A stretch of DNA of 64,000 nt from an uncultured Actinomycetota bacterium. GTDB lineage: Bacteria; Actinomycetota; Actinomycetes; JAHEKZ01. Both the position numbers and the translations under genes were made by a program. This document shows positions 39,170-48,659 of this stretch, piece by piece; positions within the stretch are counted from its first letter, which is position 1, and every line of letters starts with the position of its first letter. The notes beneath the pieces are model-generated. The model saw only the letters and a list, made by a program, of their open reading frames with translations. It had not been told where the DNA came from and searched no databases. Location: NCBI GenBank assembly GCA_963726575.1, contig CAVSCR010000005.1:188434-252433 (forward strand), read 5' to 3'.

Positions 39170-40242
39170 GCATCGCCGTGGTCGAGGTGCACGGCGACCA
39201 CCCCTATCCCGTGCGGGTGGGAGCCGGCGTCACCGCGGAGCTGGCGCACCACATCCCCGACGGGGTGACCCGGGTGGCGGTGGTCCATGCCGGCGCACTC
39301 GCCGCGACCGCGAGACGGCTGGGGGACCAACTCGACGCCCAAGGGCTCCAGGCCTTGCTGCTGCAGATCCCCGACGCCGAGTCGGCCAAGACCGTGGCGG
39401 CGGCCCAGCGCTGCTGGGACGAGCTGGGCGCGGCCGGATTCACCCGGAGCGACCTGGTCGTCGGACTCGGGGGCGGCGCCACGACCGACCTGGCGGGCTT
39501 CGTGGCGGCGACCTGGCTCCGAGGCGTGCGGGTGATCCAGGTCCCGACGACGTTGCTGGGGATGGTCGACGCCGCTATCGGCGGCAAGACGGCGATCAAC
39601 ACCGCGGCGGGCAAGAACCTCGTGGGTGCGTTCCACTCACCGACGCTGGTGCTGTGCGATCTCGACGCGTTGACCACGCTCCCGAGACCGGACTACACAG
39701 CCGGTCTGGCCGAGATCATCAAGGTCGGGTTCATTCGCGACCCGCAGATCCTCGAGCTGGTCGGCGACGACCCGACGGGCGCGGTCACCCCCGGCGGCCG
39801 TCACACCCACGAGCTCATCGTGCGGGCCATCCAGGTGAAGGCGGACGTGGTCGCGGTGGACCCGACGGAGGCCGGCGAACGCGAGATCCTCAACTACGGG
39901 CACACGCTGGGCCACGCCATCGAACGTCGGGAGGGCTACCGGTGGCGTCACGGTGACGCCGTGTCCGTGGGGCTCGTATTCGCGGCTGCCCTGGCCAGGT
40001 CCGACGGCCGGATCCCGGAGGACGTCGTCGCGCTGCACCGTCAGTTGCTGACCGGGGTGGGACTGCCGGTGACCTACCCCGCCGAAGCCTGGCCGGAGCT
40101 GCGCGAGACCATGCGGGTCGACAAGAAGGCCCGGGGCCGGCGGCTGCGGTTCGTCGTGCTGGACGGCATCGGCTCGCCGGGGCGACTGGACGACCCGCCC
40201 GACGACCTGCTGGCTGCAGCCTACGAAGAGGTGGCGCGATGA
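39166..40242 (+). CDS. aroB: 3-dehydroquinate synthase
   Basis: GGGATTDLAGFVAATWLRG, PTTLLGMVDAAIGGKTAIN, KNLVGAFH, LNYGHTLGHAIE, HGDAVSVG, DKKARG. Confidence 0.97.
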   Translation: MSIAVVEVHGDHPYPVRVGAGVTAELAHHIPDGVTRVAVVHAGALAATARRLGDQLDAQGLQALLLQIPDAESAKTVAAAQRCWDELGAAGFTRSDLVVGLGGGATTDLAGFVAATWLRGVRVIQVPTTLLGMVDAAIGGKTAINTAAGKNLVGAFHSPTLVLCDLDALTTLPRPDYTAGLAEIIKVGFIRDPQILELVGDDPTGAVTPGGRHTHELIVRAIQVKADVVAVDPTEAGEREILNYGHTLGHAIERREGYRWRHGDAVSVGLVFAAALARSDGRIPEDVVALHRQLLTGVGLPVTYPAEAWPELRETMRVDKKARGRRLRFVVLDGIGSPGRLDDPPDDLLAAAYEEVAR

Positions 40243-40682
40243 CGGAGGACCGACGGCGGGTCCTGGTGCTCAACGGCCCCAACCTTGGCCGGCTGGGCAG
40301 CCGGGAGCCGGAGGTCTACGGCGACCTCGACTTCGGTGACCTCGAACGGGTCTGCATCGAGGGCGGCGATGCACTCGGTCTGGACGTCGACGTGCGCCAG
40401 ACCGACGACGAGGCGCAGCTGGTGGGTTGGCTGCACGAAGCCGCCGACGGGCACTTCCCGGTAGTGCTGAACCCCGCCGCGTTCACGCACTACTCCTATG
40501 CGCTGCGCGACGCCGCTGCTCAACGCACCGCACCCCTCATCGAGGTGCATCTGACCAACCCCGCCACCCGCGAGCAGTTCCGGCACACCTCCGTCGTCGC
40601 GGGTGTCGCGAGCGGGACCATCTCGGGCTTCGGCGCTGCGTCGTATCTCTTGGCGCTGCAAGCGATCGCGCACGAGAGCTGA
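40239..40682 (+). CDS. aroQ: Type II 3-dehydroquinate dehydratase
   Basis: LNGPNLGRLGSREPEVYG, NPAAFTHYS.ALRDA, EVHLTN...RE.FRHTS. Confidence 0.96.
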   Translation: MTEDRRRVLVLNGPNLGRLGSREPEVYGDLDFGDLERVCIEGGDALGLDVDVRQTDDEAQLVGWLHEAADGHFPVVLNPAAFTHYSYALRDAAAQRTAPLIEVHLTNPATREQFRHTSVVAGVASGTISGFGAASYLLALQAIAHES

Positions 40683-40699
40683 TCGGCCAGGCCACGACG

Positions 40700-41779
40700 A
40701 TGCCCGAGATCCACGACGCCCGCCGCCGCCGTTTGGCCGACATCATGGTCGAGCGCGGCTTCGATGCGGTGCTCGTGACCGATCTCGTGAACGTGCGCTA
40801 CCTGAGCGGCTTCGCCGGTTCCAACGCTGCGCTGCTCGTCAGTGCCGACGCGACGTCGGTGCTCGCCACCGACGGTCGTTACCAGGACCAGAGCGCGAGC
40901 GAGGCGCCCGACGTACAGCGCGTCATCACGCGCACTCTCGAGCGTGAGCTGTTGTTGCGCGGAGTCAGGCAGCACCTCGGCCGGGTGGGGTTCGAGGACC
41001 TCCAGCTCACGGTCGCCACCCACACCGAGCTGAGCAAGCTCGGGTCGGTCGAGCTCGCGCCGGTGGGCGACCTCGTGATCGACCTGCGCGTGGTGAAGGA
41101 CGTCGCGGAGGTGGCCCTGCTGCGTGACGCCTGTCGGATCGGCGACGCAGCGCTGGCCGCGTTGCTGCCGCAGCTGCAGGTCGGTCAGACCGAGCGGGAG
41201 ATTGCGCGCCGACTCGAGAACCTCATGTACGACGAGGGCGCCGACGCGATCGCGTTCGACACGATTGTGGCGTCTGGTCCGAACTCGGCGGTGCCGCACC
41301 ATCAGCCGACGAGCCGACCGCTGGCGAGCGGCGACCTGTTGAAGATGGACTTCGGTGCGCTGCGCGACGGCTACCACTCCGACATGACCAGGACCGTGGT
41401 GGTGGGCTCGCCGGCCCGGTGGCAGGAGGAGCTGTACCTCGTCGTGGCTGCTGCGCAGCGCGCCGGGCGGGAGGCGTTGGTCGACGGCGCCGGGCTGGCC
41501 GATGTCGACCACGCGGCGCGCAGTGTCGTCGTCGATGCCGGGCTGGGGGACCACTTCACCCACGGGCTGGGACACGGGGTGGGTCTGCAGATCCATGAGG
41601 CGCCGTTCCTGGGCGCCACTGCGCTCGGTAAACTCCGGTCCGGAACGCCGGTCACCGTGGAGCCCGGCGTGTATCTCCCCGGCCGCGGCGGCGTACGCAT
41701 CGAGGACACCCTCCTCGTCGGGCGGCGTCATGCGGAGTCCTTGACCACCACGACCCGAGAGTTGCTCGTCGTCGGCTGA
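40700..41779 (+). CDS. pepQ: Xaa-Pro aminopeptidase (M24 family)
   Basis: [32 protein letters not shown]...[38 protein letters not shown]. Confidence 0.93.
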   Translation: MPEIHDARRRRLADIMVERGFDAVLVTDLVNVRYLSGFAGSNAALLVSADATSVLATDGRYQDQSASEAPDVQRVITRTLERELLLRGVRQHLGRVGFEDLQLTVATHTELSKLGSVELAPVGDLVIDLRVVKDVAEVALLRDACRIGDAALAALLPQLQVGQTEREIARRLENLMYDEGADAIAFDTIVASGPNSAVPHHQPTSRPLASGDLLKMDFGALRDGYHSDMTRTVVVGSPARWQEELYLVVAAAQRAGREALVDGAGLADVDHAARSVVVDAGLGDHFTHGLGHGVGLQIHEAPFLGATALGKLRSGTPVTVEPGVYLPGRGGVRIEDTLLVGRRHAESLTTTTRELLVVG

Positions 41780-41814
41780 CGGCGGGCGCTGGACCGACTG
41801 CAGGAGATCACCGC

Positions 41815-42372
41815 GTGGCGACCACCAACGACCTGAAGAACGGGTTGGTCCTCAACCTCGACGGCCAGCTCTGGACCGTCGTGGAGTTCCAGCACGTCAA
41901 GCCGGGCAAGGGCGGCGCCTTCGTACGGACCAAGCTCAAGAACGTGCTGTCGGGGAAGGTGGTCGACAAGACGTTCAATGCGGGTGTGAAGGTCGAGACC
42001 GCGAACGTCGACAAGCGGACGATGCAGTACCTGTACCAGGACGCCTCCGACTATGTGTTCATGGACGTGCAGACCTACGAGCAGACCCACGTGCCCGGCG
42101 ACGTCGTCGGCGATGCGTCGCACTTCATGCTGGAGAACCAGGAAGCAGTGGTGGCCACCCACGAGGGTGTGCCGCTTTACGTGGAGCTTCCCGCTGCTGT
42201 CGAGCTCACCATCACCTACACCGAGCCCGGCTTGCAGGGCGACCGCTCCACCGGCGGCACCAAGCCGGCCACGTTGGAGACCGGCTACGAGGTGTCCGTC
42301 CCGCTGTTCATCATCCAAGGCGAGAAGGTCCGGGTGGACACCCGCGACGGCAGCTACCTCGGGCGCGCCTGA
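41815..42372 (+). CDS. efp: Elongation factor P
   Basis: [46 protein letters not shown]...VDTR.G.Y. Confidence 0.98.
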   Translation: MATTNDLKNGLVLNLDGQLWTVVEFQHVKPGKGGAFVRTKLKNVLSGKVVDKTFNAGVKVETANVDKRTMQYLYQDASDYVFMDVQTYEQTHVPGDVVGDASHFMLENQEAVVATHEGVPLYVELPAAVELTITYTEPGLQGDRSTGGTKPATLETGYEVSVPLFIIQGEKVRVDTRDGSYLGRA

Positions 42373-42377
42373 CACCG

Positions 42378-42827
42378 ATGTCGGCTCGGAGCAAGGCCCG
42401 CAAACGCGCCGTCGACATCTTGTTCGAGGCTGACCAGCGCGGTGCCGACCCACTGGTCATCCTGGAGCAGCGCCGCGAGGCGGGAGAGCCACCGACCAAC
42501 CCGTACACGACGGAGTTGGTCGAAGGGGTCGCTGCGCACGCCAGCACGATCGATGCCACGATCAGCGGTCATGCCCGGGGCTGGACGCTCGAGCGGATGC
42601 CGGCGGTCGACCGCGCCGTTCTCCGGCTGGCCGTCTACGAGCTGAACTACGGCACCGAGGTCCCGGCCGCCGTCGCGGTGGACCAGGCGGTCGAACTGGT
42701 CAAGGACCTGTCCACCGGCGACTCGGCGTCGTTCGTGAACGGGGTACTCGGCGCCGTCGTGGCCGCGGGGCCGCCACCGACACAGGTACCCCCGGTGGGA
42801 TTCGAACCCACAAACCCCGCAGTTTGA
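42378..42827 (+). CDS. nusB: Transcription antitermination factor NusB
   Basis: ARSKARKRAVDILFEAD, WTLERMPAVDRAVLRLAVYEL, AVDQAVELVK, FVNGVLG; the last 41 nt overlap the tRNA on the opposite strand. Confidence 0.95.
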   Translation: MSARSKARKRAVDILFEADQRGADPLVILEQRREAGEPPTNPYTTELVEGVAAHASTIDATISGHARGWTLERMPAVDRAVLRLAVYELNYGTEVPAAVAVDQAVELVKDLSTGDSASFVNGVLGAVVAAGPPPTQVPPVGFEPTNPAV

Positions 42828-42860
42828 GTGCGGTCCCTATGCCAGTTCGGGTACGGGGGC
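42787..42860 (-). tRNA. tRNA-Leu(CAA), 74 nt, short variable loop, full CCA not encoded
   Basis: Reverse complement GCCCCCGTACCCGAACTGGCATAGGGACCGCACTCAAACTGCGGGGTTTGTGGGTTCGAATCCCACCGGGGGTA: acceptor GCCCCCG/CGGGGGT, anticodon arm CCGCA-CTCAAAC-TGCGG, T arm GTGGG-TTCGAAT-CCCAC; -10 TAGACT 10 nt upstream. Confidence 0.95.
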
Positions 42861-43035
42861 GAGGCGACCCAGTCTAGGGGGACCCCCTCTCCGAGCGGCC
42901 GCAAGGTCACGAAGCCACAACGACCGAGGGCACAGCCGTGCGCAGGCGGTGTCAGACGACGGCCGCGACCGCTAGGTTTCGCCCCACGCGGCAGGTCACC
43001 CGTGACTCGTCACGCTTCCGAACGAGGAGAGATGC

Positions 43036-44400
43036 ATGATCCGACTCAACGCCACATGGCGTTTCATTGCGGTCGCAGGAGTTGCCAGCCTTGCGCTGGC
43101 GGCCTGCGGGAGCAGCAGCGGCGGCGGGACGAGCAGTTCCAGCACCGGTGCAGCATCGACCGGCACACCGCTGTACATGGTCGACGGCAACATCGGCACC
43201 GGACCGATCAAGGCCCTGCCGGCCGGCACGATGACCGGCACCAAGGCCACTCAGCCAGGCGCGCAGGTCAGTGACGCGTTCAAGCAGCAGCTGAACAAGA
43301 TCAACCCGAAGCTGCCGTCGATCGGCTACGCGTACGGACCGGAGACGTACGACGCCATGGTGCTCGTGGCCCTGGCCGCGACCGAGGCGAAGTCGGACGC
43401 CGGACGCGACATCGCGGCGCACATGCTCGACGTCTCACAGGGCGGCACGGTCTGCACCACGTTCAAGGACTGTGCCAACTTGCTGAAGCAGGGCAAGGAC
43501 ATCGACTACAACGGGCAGTCCGGTCCGGTGTCGTTCGACAAGTACGGCGACCCCACGCAAGCAACGATTGGCGTGTTCCAGTACAACTCCCAGAACTCGA
43601 TCCCCGGGTTCGACACCGCGCCCGACCCTGCCTTCCCGATCACCTACACCGAGGGCAAGATCACCCCGCCCACCAGCCCACCGCCGGCAGCGTTGACCAA
43701 CGTGGTCAACGCCGGCGCTGCGGACAACGTGCTCACCTACGGTGGCCTGCTACCGATCACGGGCTCGTTGTCGTCGCTGTACCCGCCGGAGGGCGCGGCC
43801 GCCAAGCTCGCCGTGCAGGACATCAACGCCGCTGGTGGCGTGCTGGGCAAGCCGGTCGTGTGGGTCCCCGGAGACTCCGGAGACACCTCGACCGACACGG
43901 CGCAGGTGACCATCCAGCGTGAGCTGAAGCAGAACGTCGACGCCGTCATCGGTGCCGCATCGTCGAGCAGCACGCTCAGCGTCGCCGACAAGGTGACGGG
44001 TGCTGGCGTCATCCAGGTGTCCAACGCTGCGACGTCGCCGGAACTGACGACGTTCCCCGACGGTGGTCTGCTCTGGCGCACGTCGCCTTCGGACGTCCTT
44101 CAGGGGCGCGTCCTCGCCAGCACGATCCTGAACGACGGATACCAGAACGTCGGGATCATCGCGCGGCAGGACTCCTACGGTGAGGGCCTGGCCAAGTACG
44201 CCGGGCAGTACCTGACCCAAGGTGGTGGCCAGGTCGTCGGCGGGGTTCAGTTCTACGACCCCAACGGTGCGACGAGCTACAGCGCACAGGTCTCCGCGGT
44301 GAAGGCGGCCGGACCGGAGGCGATCATCCTGATCGGTTTCGACGAGTCCGGCAAGGTCGTGCAGGAGATGGTGAAGCAGGGCATCGGCCCGAACAGCTGA
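43036..44400 (+). CDS. Branched-chain amino acid-type ABC solute-binding lipoprotein, apparently circularly permuted
   Basis: Lipobox LALAAC; contains LLPITGSL, DINAAGGVLGKPV, DAVIGAASS, RTSPSDVLQG, QDSYGEGLA and YDAMVLVALAA...GKDIDYNGQSGPVSFD, but in swapped order. Confidence 0.9.
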   Translation: MIRLNATWRFIAVAGVASLALAACGSSSGGGTSSSSTGAASTGTPLYMVDGNIGTGPIKALPAGTMTGTKATQPGAQVSDAFKQQLNKINPKLPSIGYAYGPETYDAMVLVALAATEAKSDAGRDIAAHMLDVSQGGTVCTTFKDCANLLKQGKDIDYNGQSGPVSFDKYGDPTQATIGVFQYNSQNSIPGFDTAPDPAFPITYTEGKITPPTSPPPAALTNVVNAGAADNVLTYGGLLPITGSLSSLYPPEGAAAKLAVQDINAAGGVLGKPVVWVPGDSGDTSTDTAQVTIQRELKQNVDAVIGAASSSSTLSVADKVTGAGVIQVSNAATSPELTTFPDGGLLWRTSPSDVLQGRVLASTILNDGYQNVGIIARQDSYGEGLAKYAGQYLTQGGGQVVGGVQFYDPNGATSYSAQVSAVKAAGPEAIILIGFDESGKVVQEMVKQGIGPNS

Positions 44401-44422
44401 TCCATTCGCACCACAGCAGTCG

Positions 44423-44460
44423 ACAGTGGGGCCCGGTCCGAAAGGACCGGGCCCCACTGT
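44423..44460. terminator. Bidirectional terminator between the SBP gene and livF
   Basis: 17-bp perfect stem acagtggggcccggtcc-GAAA-ggaccgggccccactgt between convergent genes. Confidence 0.88.
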
Positions 44461-44479
44461 TCAGTACGGCTGGCTCGGC

Positions 44480-45316
44480 CTATGCCTCCGTGCCCAAGGT
44501 TCCGAGGTAGAGCTCGATGACCTTCGGGTCGGTGAGCAGCTGCTGTCCCGTGCCCGTGTAGGCATTGTGCCCCTGGTCGAGCACGTACCCGCGGTCGCAG
44601 ATCTGCAGGCATCGACTGGCGTTCTGCTCGACCATGATGACGGTCACGCCCGCCTCGTTGATCTGCTTGGTGCGGATGAACACCTCGTCCTGCATCACGG
44701 GGGACAGGCCCGCCGAGGGCTCGTCGAGCAGCAGCACCGAAGGATCCATCATCAGCGCCCGGCTCATGGCGACCATCTGTCGCTCGCCGCCGGACAGCGA
44801 GCCGGCCGGTTGCTTGCGCCGGTCGGCCAGCGTCGGGAACAGCGACGCGACGAACTCGAAGCGCTCCTTGAAGTTCTTGGGCGCCTGGTAGGCACCCATC
44901 TCGAGGTTCTCCTCGATCGTCAGCGACGGGAAGACGTTGTTCGTCTGCGGCACGAACCCCACGCCCATGGTGACGAGCTTGTTGGGCCGCAGGTTCGTGA
45001 TGTCCTGGTCCCCTAGGGTCACCGTGCCGGTGCCGACGTGCACGAGCCCGAACATGGCCTTGAGCAGCGTCGACTTTCCTGCTCCGTTCGGCCCGATGAC
45101 GCCGACCAGCTCGCCCTTGTTCGCATAGAGGTCGCAGCCGTTGAGGATGTTGACACCCGGCAGGTAGCCCGCGATCAGGTCGTCGGCCACGACGAGTGCG
45201 TCCTTGGTTGCACCGACGTGTGCCCGTCGGTCGCGGGTGGGCTCGTCGCGGTCGCCGACCAGGCGCTCCTCAGCCCGGTTGACGGCTCCGCTGTCACGGG
45301 TCGGATCGTTCGTCAC
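44480..45316 (-). CDS. livF: Branched-chain amino acid ABC transporter ATPase (LivF-like)
   Basis: GPNGAGKSTLLK, GFVPQTNNVFPSLTIEENL, LSGGERQMVAM, LLDEPSAGLSP, MVEQNA. Confidence 0.93.
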   Translation of the reverse strand: MTNDPTRDSGAVNRAEERLVGDRDEPTRDRRAHVGATKDALVVADDLIAGYLPGVNILNGCDLYANKGELVGVIGPNGAGKSTLLKAMFGLVHVGTGTVTLGDQDITNLRPNKLVTMGVGFVPQTNNVFPSLTIEENLEMGAYQAPKNFKERFEFVASLFPTLADRRKQPAGSLSGGERQMVAMSRALMMDPSVLLLDEPSAGLSPVMQDEVFIRTKQINEAGVTVIMVEQNASRCLQICDRGYVLDQGHNAYTGTGQQLLTDPKVIELYLGTLGTEA

Positions 45317-46293
45317 GACGCCCCCTCGGCATCGGTCGAGCCGTGGTCGATGACGTCCTGGGTTCCGAGGTCGCCCAGTCCGATCTGCTCGGCGACCTCG
45401 GTGAGGGTCTGGTCGTGGTGGGCGCCCAGGTACGCGTCGATCACGCGCTGCTCGCGCATCACCTCGTGAGGTGGCCCCTCGGCGATGAGACGACCCTGCG
45501 CCATGACGATGACCCAGTCCGAGATGTCGCGCACCATGTCCATGTCGTGCTCGACGAACAGCACCGTCATGCCTTGCTCGCGCAGGTCCTTCACGTGCCC
45601 CAGCAGCGACTGCGTCAACGCCGGGTTCACGCCCGCCATCGGCTCGTCGAGCATCACCAGCGTCGGGTCGGTCATCAGCGAACGGGCCATCTCGAGCAGC
45701 TTGCGCTGTCCGCCCGACAGCTCGCCGGCGAAGTCGCCGCGCTTCTCGTCGAGCTTGAACCGGGCCAGCAGCTCGTCAGCCTTTACCGTGATGGCGTCCT
45801 CCTGAGGACGCCACAGCGAGCGGATCAGGGCCGGCAAGAACCGTTCACCCCGTTGGTTCTTGGCACCGAGCCTCATGTTCTCGATGACGGTGAGCTTGCT
45901 GAGCACCTTGGTGAGCTGGAAAGTGCGCACCATGCCCAGCCGCGCGACCTTGTACGCCGACATCCCCTTGAGGTCGGTGCCTTCGAAGGTCCAGCTGCCG
46001 GCGGTCGGCTGGTCGAAGCCGGTCAGGATGTTGAAGAACGTGGTCTTGCCCGCCCCGTTGGGGCCGATCAGGGCGGTGATCGCCCCCCGCTGGACCTCGA
46101 CGTGCTCGACGTCGACCGCGGTGAGGCCACCGAACTGCCGAACGACCCCGTCGGCCACGAGGATCGGGTCCGGCTTGGCGGCACCCGGCTCGCGCGGGAC
46201 GTCGGCCAACGCACGTGCCGCCACGTCGCGTTGCGTCGTCGATCGGGTCGCGTCCTGCTCGGCCTGCGTCGGTTCAGCGTTCATCGAGTGCAA
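45313..46293 (-). CDS. livG: Branched-chain amino acid ABC transporter ATPase (LivG-like)
   Basis: FGGLTAVD, GPNGAGKTTFFN, MVRTFQ, LSGGQRKLLEMAR, LDEPMAGVNP, VEHDM, VIDAYLG. Confidence 0.93.
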   Translation of the reverse strand: MHSMNAEPTQAEQDATRSTTQRDVAARALADVPREPGAAKPDPILVADGVVRQFGGLTAVDVEHVEVQRGAITALIGPNGAGKTTFFNILTGFDQPTAGSWTFEGTDLKGMSAYKVARLGMVRTFQLTKVLSKLTVIENMRLGAKNQRGERFLPALIRSLWRPQEDAITVKADELLARFKLDEKRGDFAGELSGGQRKLLEMARSLMTDPTLVMLDEPMAGVNPALTQSLLGHVKDLREQGMTVLFVEHDMDMVRDISDWVIVMAQGRLIAEGPPHEVMREQRVIDAYLGAHHDQTLTEVAEQIGLGDLGTQDVIDHGSTDAEGAS

Positions 46294-47269
46294 TCTCCTT
46301 CCGATCGCCGAGGATGCCTTGCGGTCGGAAGATCATCAGCAGCATCAGCACGACGCCGGCGAACAGGAACCGCACCTGCGAGGCCTGGTCGGCCGACAAG
46401 TACGAGAAGGGAACGATCCCGTTGCTGACGCCGTTCTGCAGCAGAACGTCGGTGAACTGGATGAGGAACCAGAAGATGAGGGCGCCGAGGATCGGTCCCA
46501 TGACTCGAGCCGCTCCACCGAGGATGAGCATGGTGTAGGCGAAGAAGGTGAGGTTGGTGGAGTAGCTGTCGGGAGCCACGGCGGCTTGCCCGAGCGCATA
46601 GATGAACCCACCGAACGCTCCCACCAGGGCACCGAGCAGGAGCGCCTGCATCTTGTACCAGTAAACGTTCTTGCCGAGTGAGCGAACGGCGTCCTCGTCC
46701 TCACGGATGCCCTTCAGGATGCGACCCCAGGGACTACGGGTGAGCAGCCAGGTGAGGATGGTGAAGATCGCCACCAAGGTCCAGCCGACGACCGAGACCC
46801 AGGCCGTCTTGGAGTCCATGGTGACCGGGCCGAACTTGTAGTTGGCGTTGGTGGGGAACGGGTTCAAGTTGTAGAACGGCGCGGCGAACTTCTGCAGCCC
46901 ATCTGAGCCGCCGAAGACGCTGCGGAACCGCACCGACGCGAGCAGCAACCGCACGATCTCAGAGGCCGCGATGGTGACGATCGCCAGGTAGTCGGCGCGC
47001 AGTCGTAGCGTCGGGATGCCCATGAGGAGCGCCAGCAGCAATGCACTGGTGATGCCCACGACGATGCCGAGCCAGAACGGCAGCCCGGCCGTCGTGACGA
47101 TGGTCGCCAGCCCGTAGCTGCCGCAGGCCAGGAAGGCGGCCTGCCCGAAGCTCAGCAGCCCGGCGTAGCCGAACTGGATGTTGAGCCCGATCGCCGCCAG
47201 CGCGTACACCACGGCGAGGAAGCCGATCGCTGACGAGATCGACGCATTGAAGATCAGGGACCAGTCCAT
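46274..47269 (-). CDS. livM: Branched-chain amino acid ABC transporter permease (LivM-like)
   Basis: GLNIQFGYAGLLSFGQAAF, LRLRADYLAIVTIA, SPWGRILKGIREDE.A..LG. Confidence 0.92.
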   Translation of the reverse strand: MDWSLIFNASISSAIGFLAVVYALAAIGLNIQFGYAGLLSFGQAAFLACGSYGLATIVTTAGLPFWLGIVVGITSALLLALLMGIPTLRLRADYLAIVTIAASEIVRLLLASVRFRSVFGGSDGLQKFAAPFYNLNPFPTNANYKFGPVTMDSKTAWVSVVGWTLVAIFTILTWLLTRSPWGRILKGIREDEDAVRSLGKNVYWYKMQALLLGALVGAFGGFIYALGQAAVAPDSYSTNLTFFAYTMLILGGAARVMGPILGALIFWFLIQFTDVLLQNGVSNGIVPFSYLSADQASQVRFLFAGVVLMLLMIFRPQGILGDRKEIALDER

Positions 47270-47276
47270 GCCCGCC

Positions 47277-48557
47277 TCACCCGATCCGACTTCGACGGCC
47301 GAGCAGACCCACCGGTTTGACCATCAAGATGATGATCAGGATCGCGAGGGCGGTGACGTTCTGGAGCTCGGCCGGCACTCCGAACCACACCGACACCTGC
47401 GTGAGCACCCCGATCACGAGCGAACCGATCAGTGCCCCGAAGGCGGTTCCGAGGCCGCCGAGGGTGACGGCCGCGAAGACGAGCAGCAGGATGTTCTGGC
47501 CGAGGTTGAAGGCGACCTCCTGCGAGACGGCCAGGAAGATCCCGCACAGCCCAGCCAGTGCCGCGCCGCACACCCAGACCACCAGGATCACCTGCTCGAC
47601 GTCGATGCCGGTGGTCGACGCCAGGGCCGGGTTGTCGGCCACCGCACGCGTCGCCTTGCCGATGCGAGTCCGCAGCAGTGCCAGGCCGGACAGGATCAGC
47701 ACGACGCTGGCCATGACCGTGATCGCGATGTCGGCCGGGGTCACGTCGATGCTGCCGATGCTGATGCCGGCCTGCGCGGTGAACTGGTTGTACGGCTTCG
47801 GCTGGCCGCCGTAGATGATCAGGTAGAGGCTGCGCAACGACAGGGCCAGACCGATCGAGACGATCATCATGGCGATCAGCCCGGTGCCGCGTCTTCGCAA
47901 CGGTTTCCACAGACCTCGGTCGAGGACCAACCCGAAGATGCCGGTTGCGATGACCCCGAGGACGCCGGCCAGCAGCAGGCCCATGTGCAGCGTCGTGTTG
48001 AACGTATAGGTGATCAGCGCCCCGAACGTGATGATCTCGCCGTGGGCGAAGTTGGTCAGGCCAGTGGTGCCGTAGATCAACGAGAGTCCCACCGCGCCGA
48101 GCGCGATGATCAACCCGACCCGGAAGCCGTCGACGATGTACTGCGGCAGCTGGGCGAACTTGCTCTCGGTGTGGCGGGCTGGCTGCCCGAGCTTGAACAG
48201 CACGAAGGTCGGGTTGCCTGGATTCACCGTCACGGTCAACGGGTTCGTGACGGGAGTCGGCGTTCCGCTGGGCAGCGTGGTCTCGTCCAGCGTGACCGTG
48301 TAGTCACCGCCGGGAACGGGGATCGAGAAGGTCCCGTCGGCCTTCGTCGAGACCGACTTCTGGAAGCCCGAGCTGCTCGTGACGGTGATGGTCACTCCCG
48401 ACACCGGCTGTCGGTCGTTGGTCCGCAGGGTCCCGACGATCGCCTGGCCGCTGTCGGCGTGTGCCGGGGTGGCGCCGATCGACACAGCCCCCACGCAGAG
48501 GGCGGCGATACCGATCACCAGGAGGCCGACCACCTGCACGAAGCGCCGTGCGACCAC
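47277..48557 (-). CDS. livH: Branched-chain amino acid ABC transporter permease (LivH-like) with N-terminal extracellular beta domain
   Basis: GLSLIYGTTGLTNFAHGE, TRIGKATRAVADN, FAAVTLGGLG; preceded by a signal-like segment and a QPVSGVTITV...STKADGTFSIPVPGGDYTVTL domain. Confidence 0.92.
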   Translation of the reverse strand: MVARRFVQVVGLLVIGIAALCVGAVSIGATPAHADSGQAIVGTLRTNDRQPVSGVTITVTSSSGFQKSVSTKADGTFSIPVPGGDYTVTLDETTLPSGTPTPVTNPLTVTVNPGNPTFVLFKLGQPARHTESKFAQLPQYIVDGFRVGLIIALGAVGLSLIYGTTGLTNFAHGEIITFGALITYTFNTTLHMGLLLAGVLGVIATGIFGLVLDRGLWKPLRRRGTGLIAMMIVSIGLALSLRSLYLIIYGGQPKPYNQFTAQAGISIGSIDVTPADIAITVMASVVLILSGLALLRTRIGKATRAVADNPALASTTGIDVEQVILVVWVCGAALAGLCGIFLAVSQEVAFNLGQNILLLVFAAVTLGGLGTAFGALIGSLVIGVLTQVSVWFGVPAELQNVTALAILIIILMVKPVGLLGRRSRIG

Positions 48558-48659
48558 TCGGTGCCTCCTCGCTCACGCGCGGGGCGGCGGCTGGGGGGCC
48601 GCTCGCCGACGCGCCGGACTATAGCCAGGCTGGGGGGCCTGTGGCAGCAATCGCGGAGA

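Noticed and set aside
42787-42860. tRNA-Leu lacking the long variable arm as a novelty or recoding tRNA
   Set aside because: Short (~74 nt) tRNA-Leu(CAA) genes near polA are, as recalled, normal in actinobacteria such as M. tuberculosis; not unusual.
42700-43000. Integrative element at the tRNA-Leu 3' end
   Set aside because: No integrase or mobile genes nearby, and I saw no duplicate of the tRNA 3' end elsewhere in the window.
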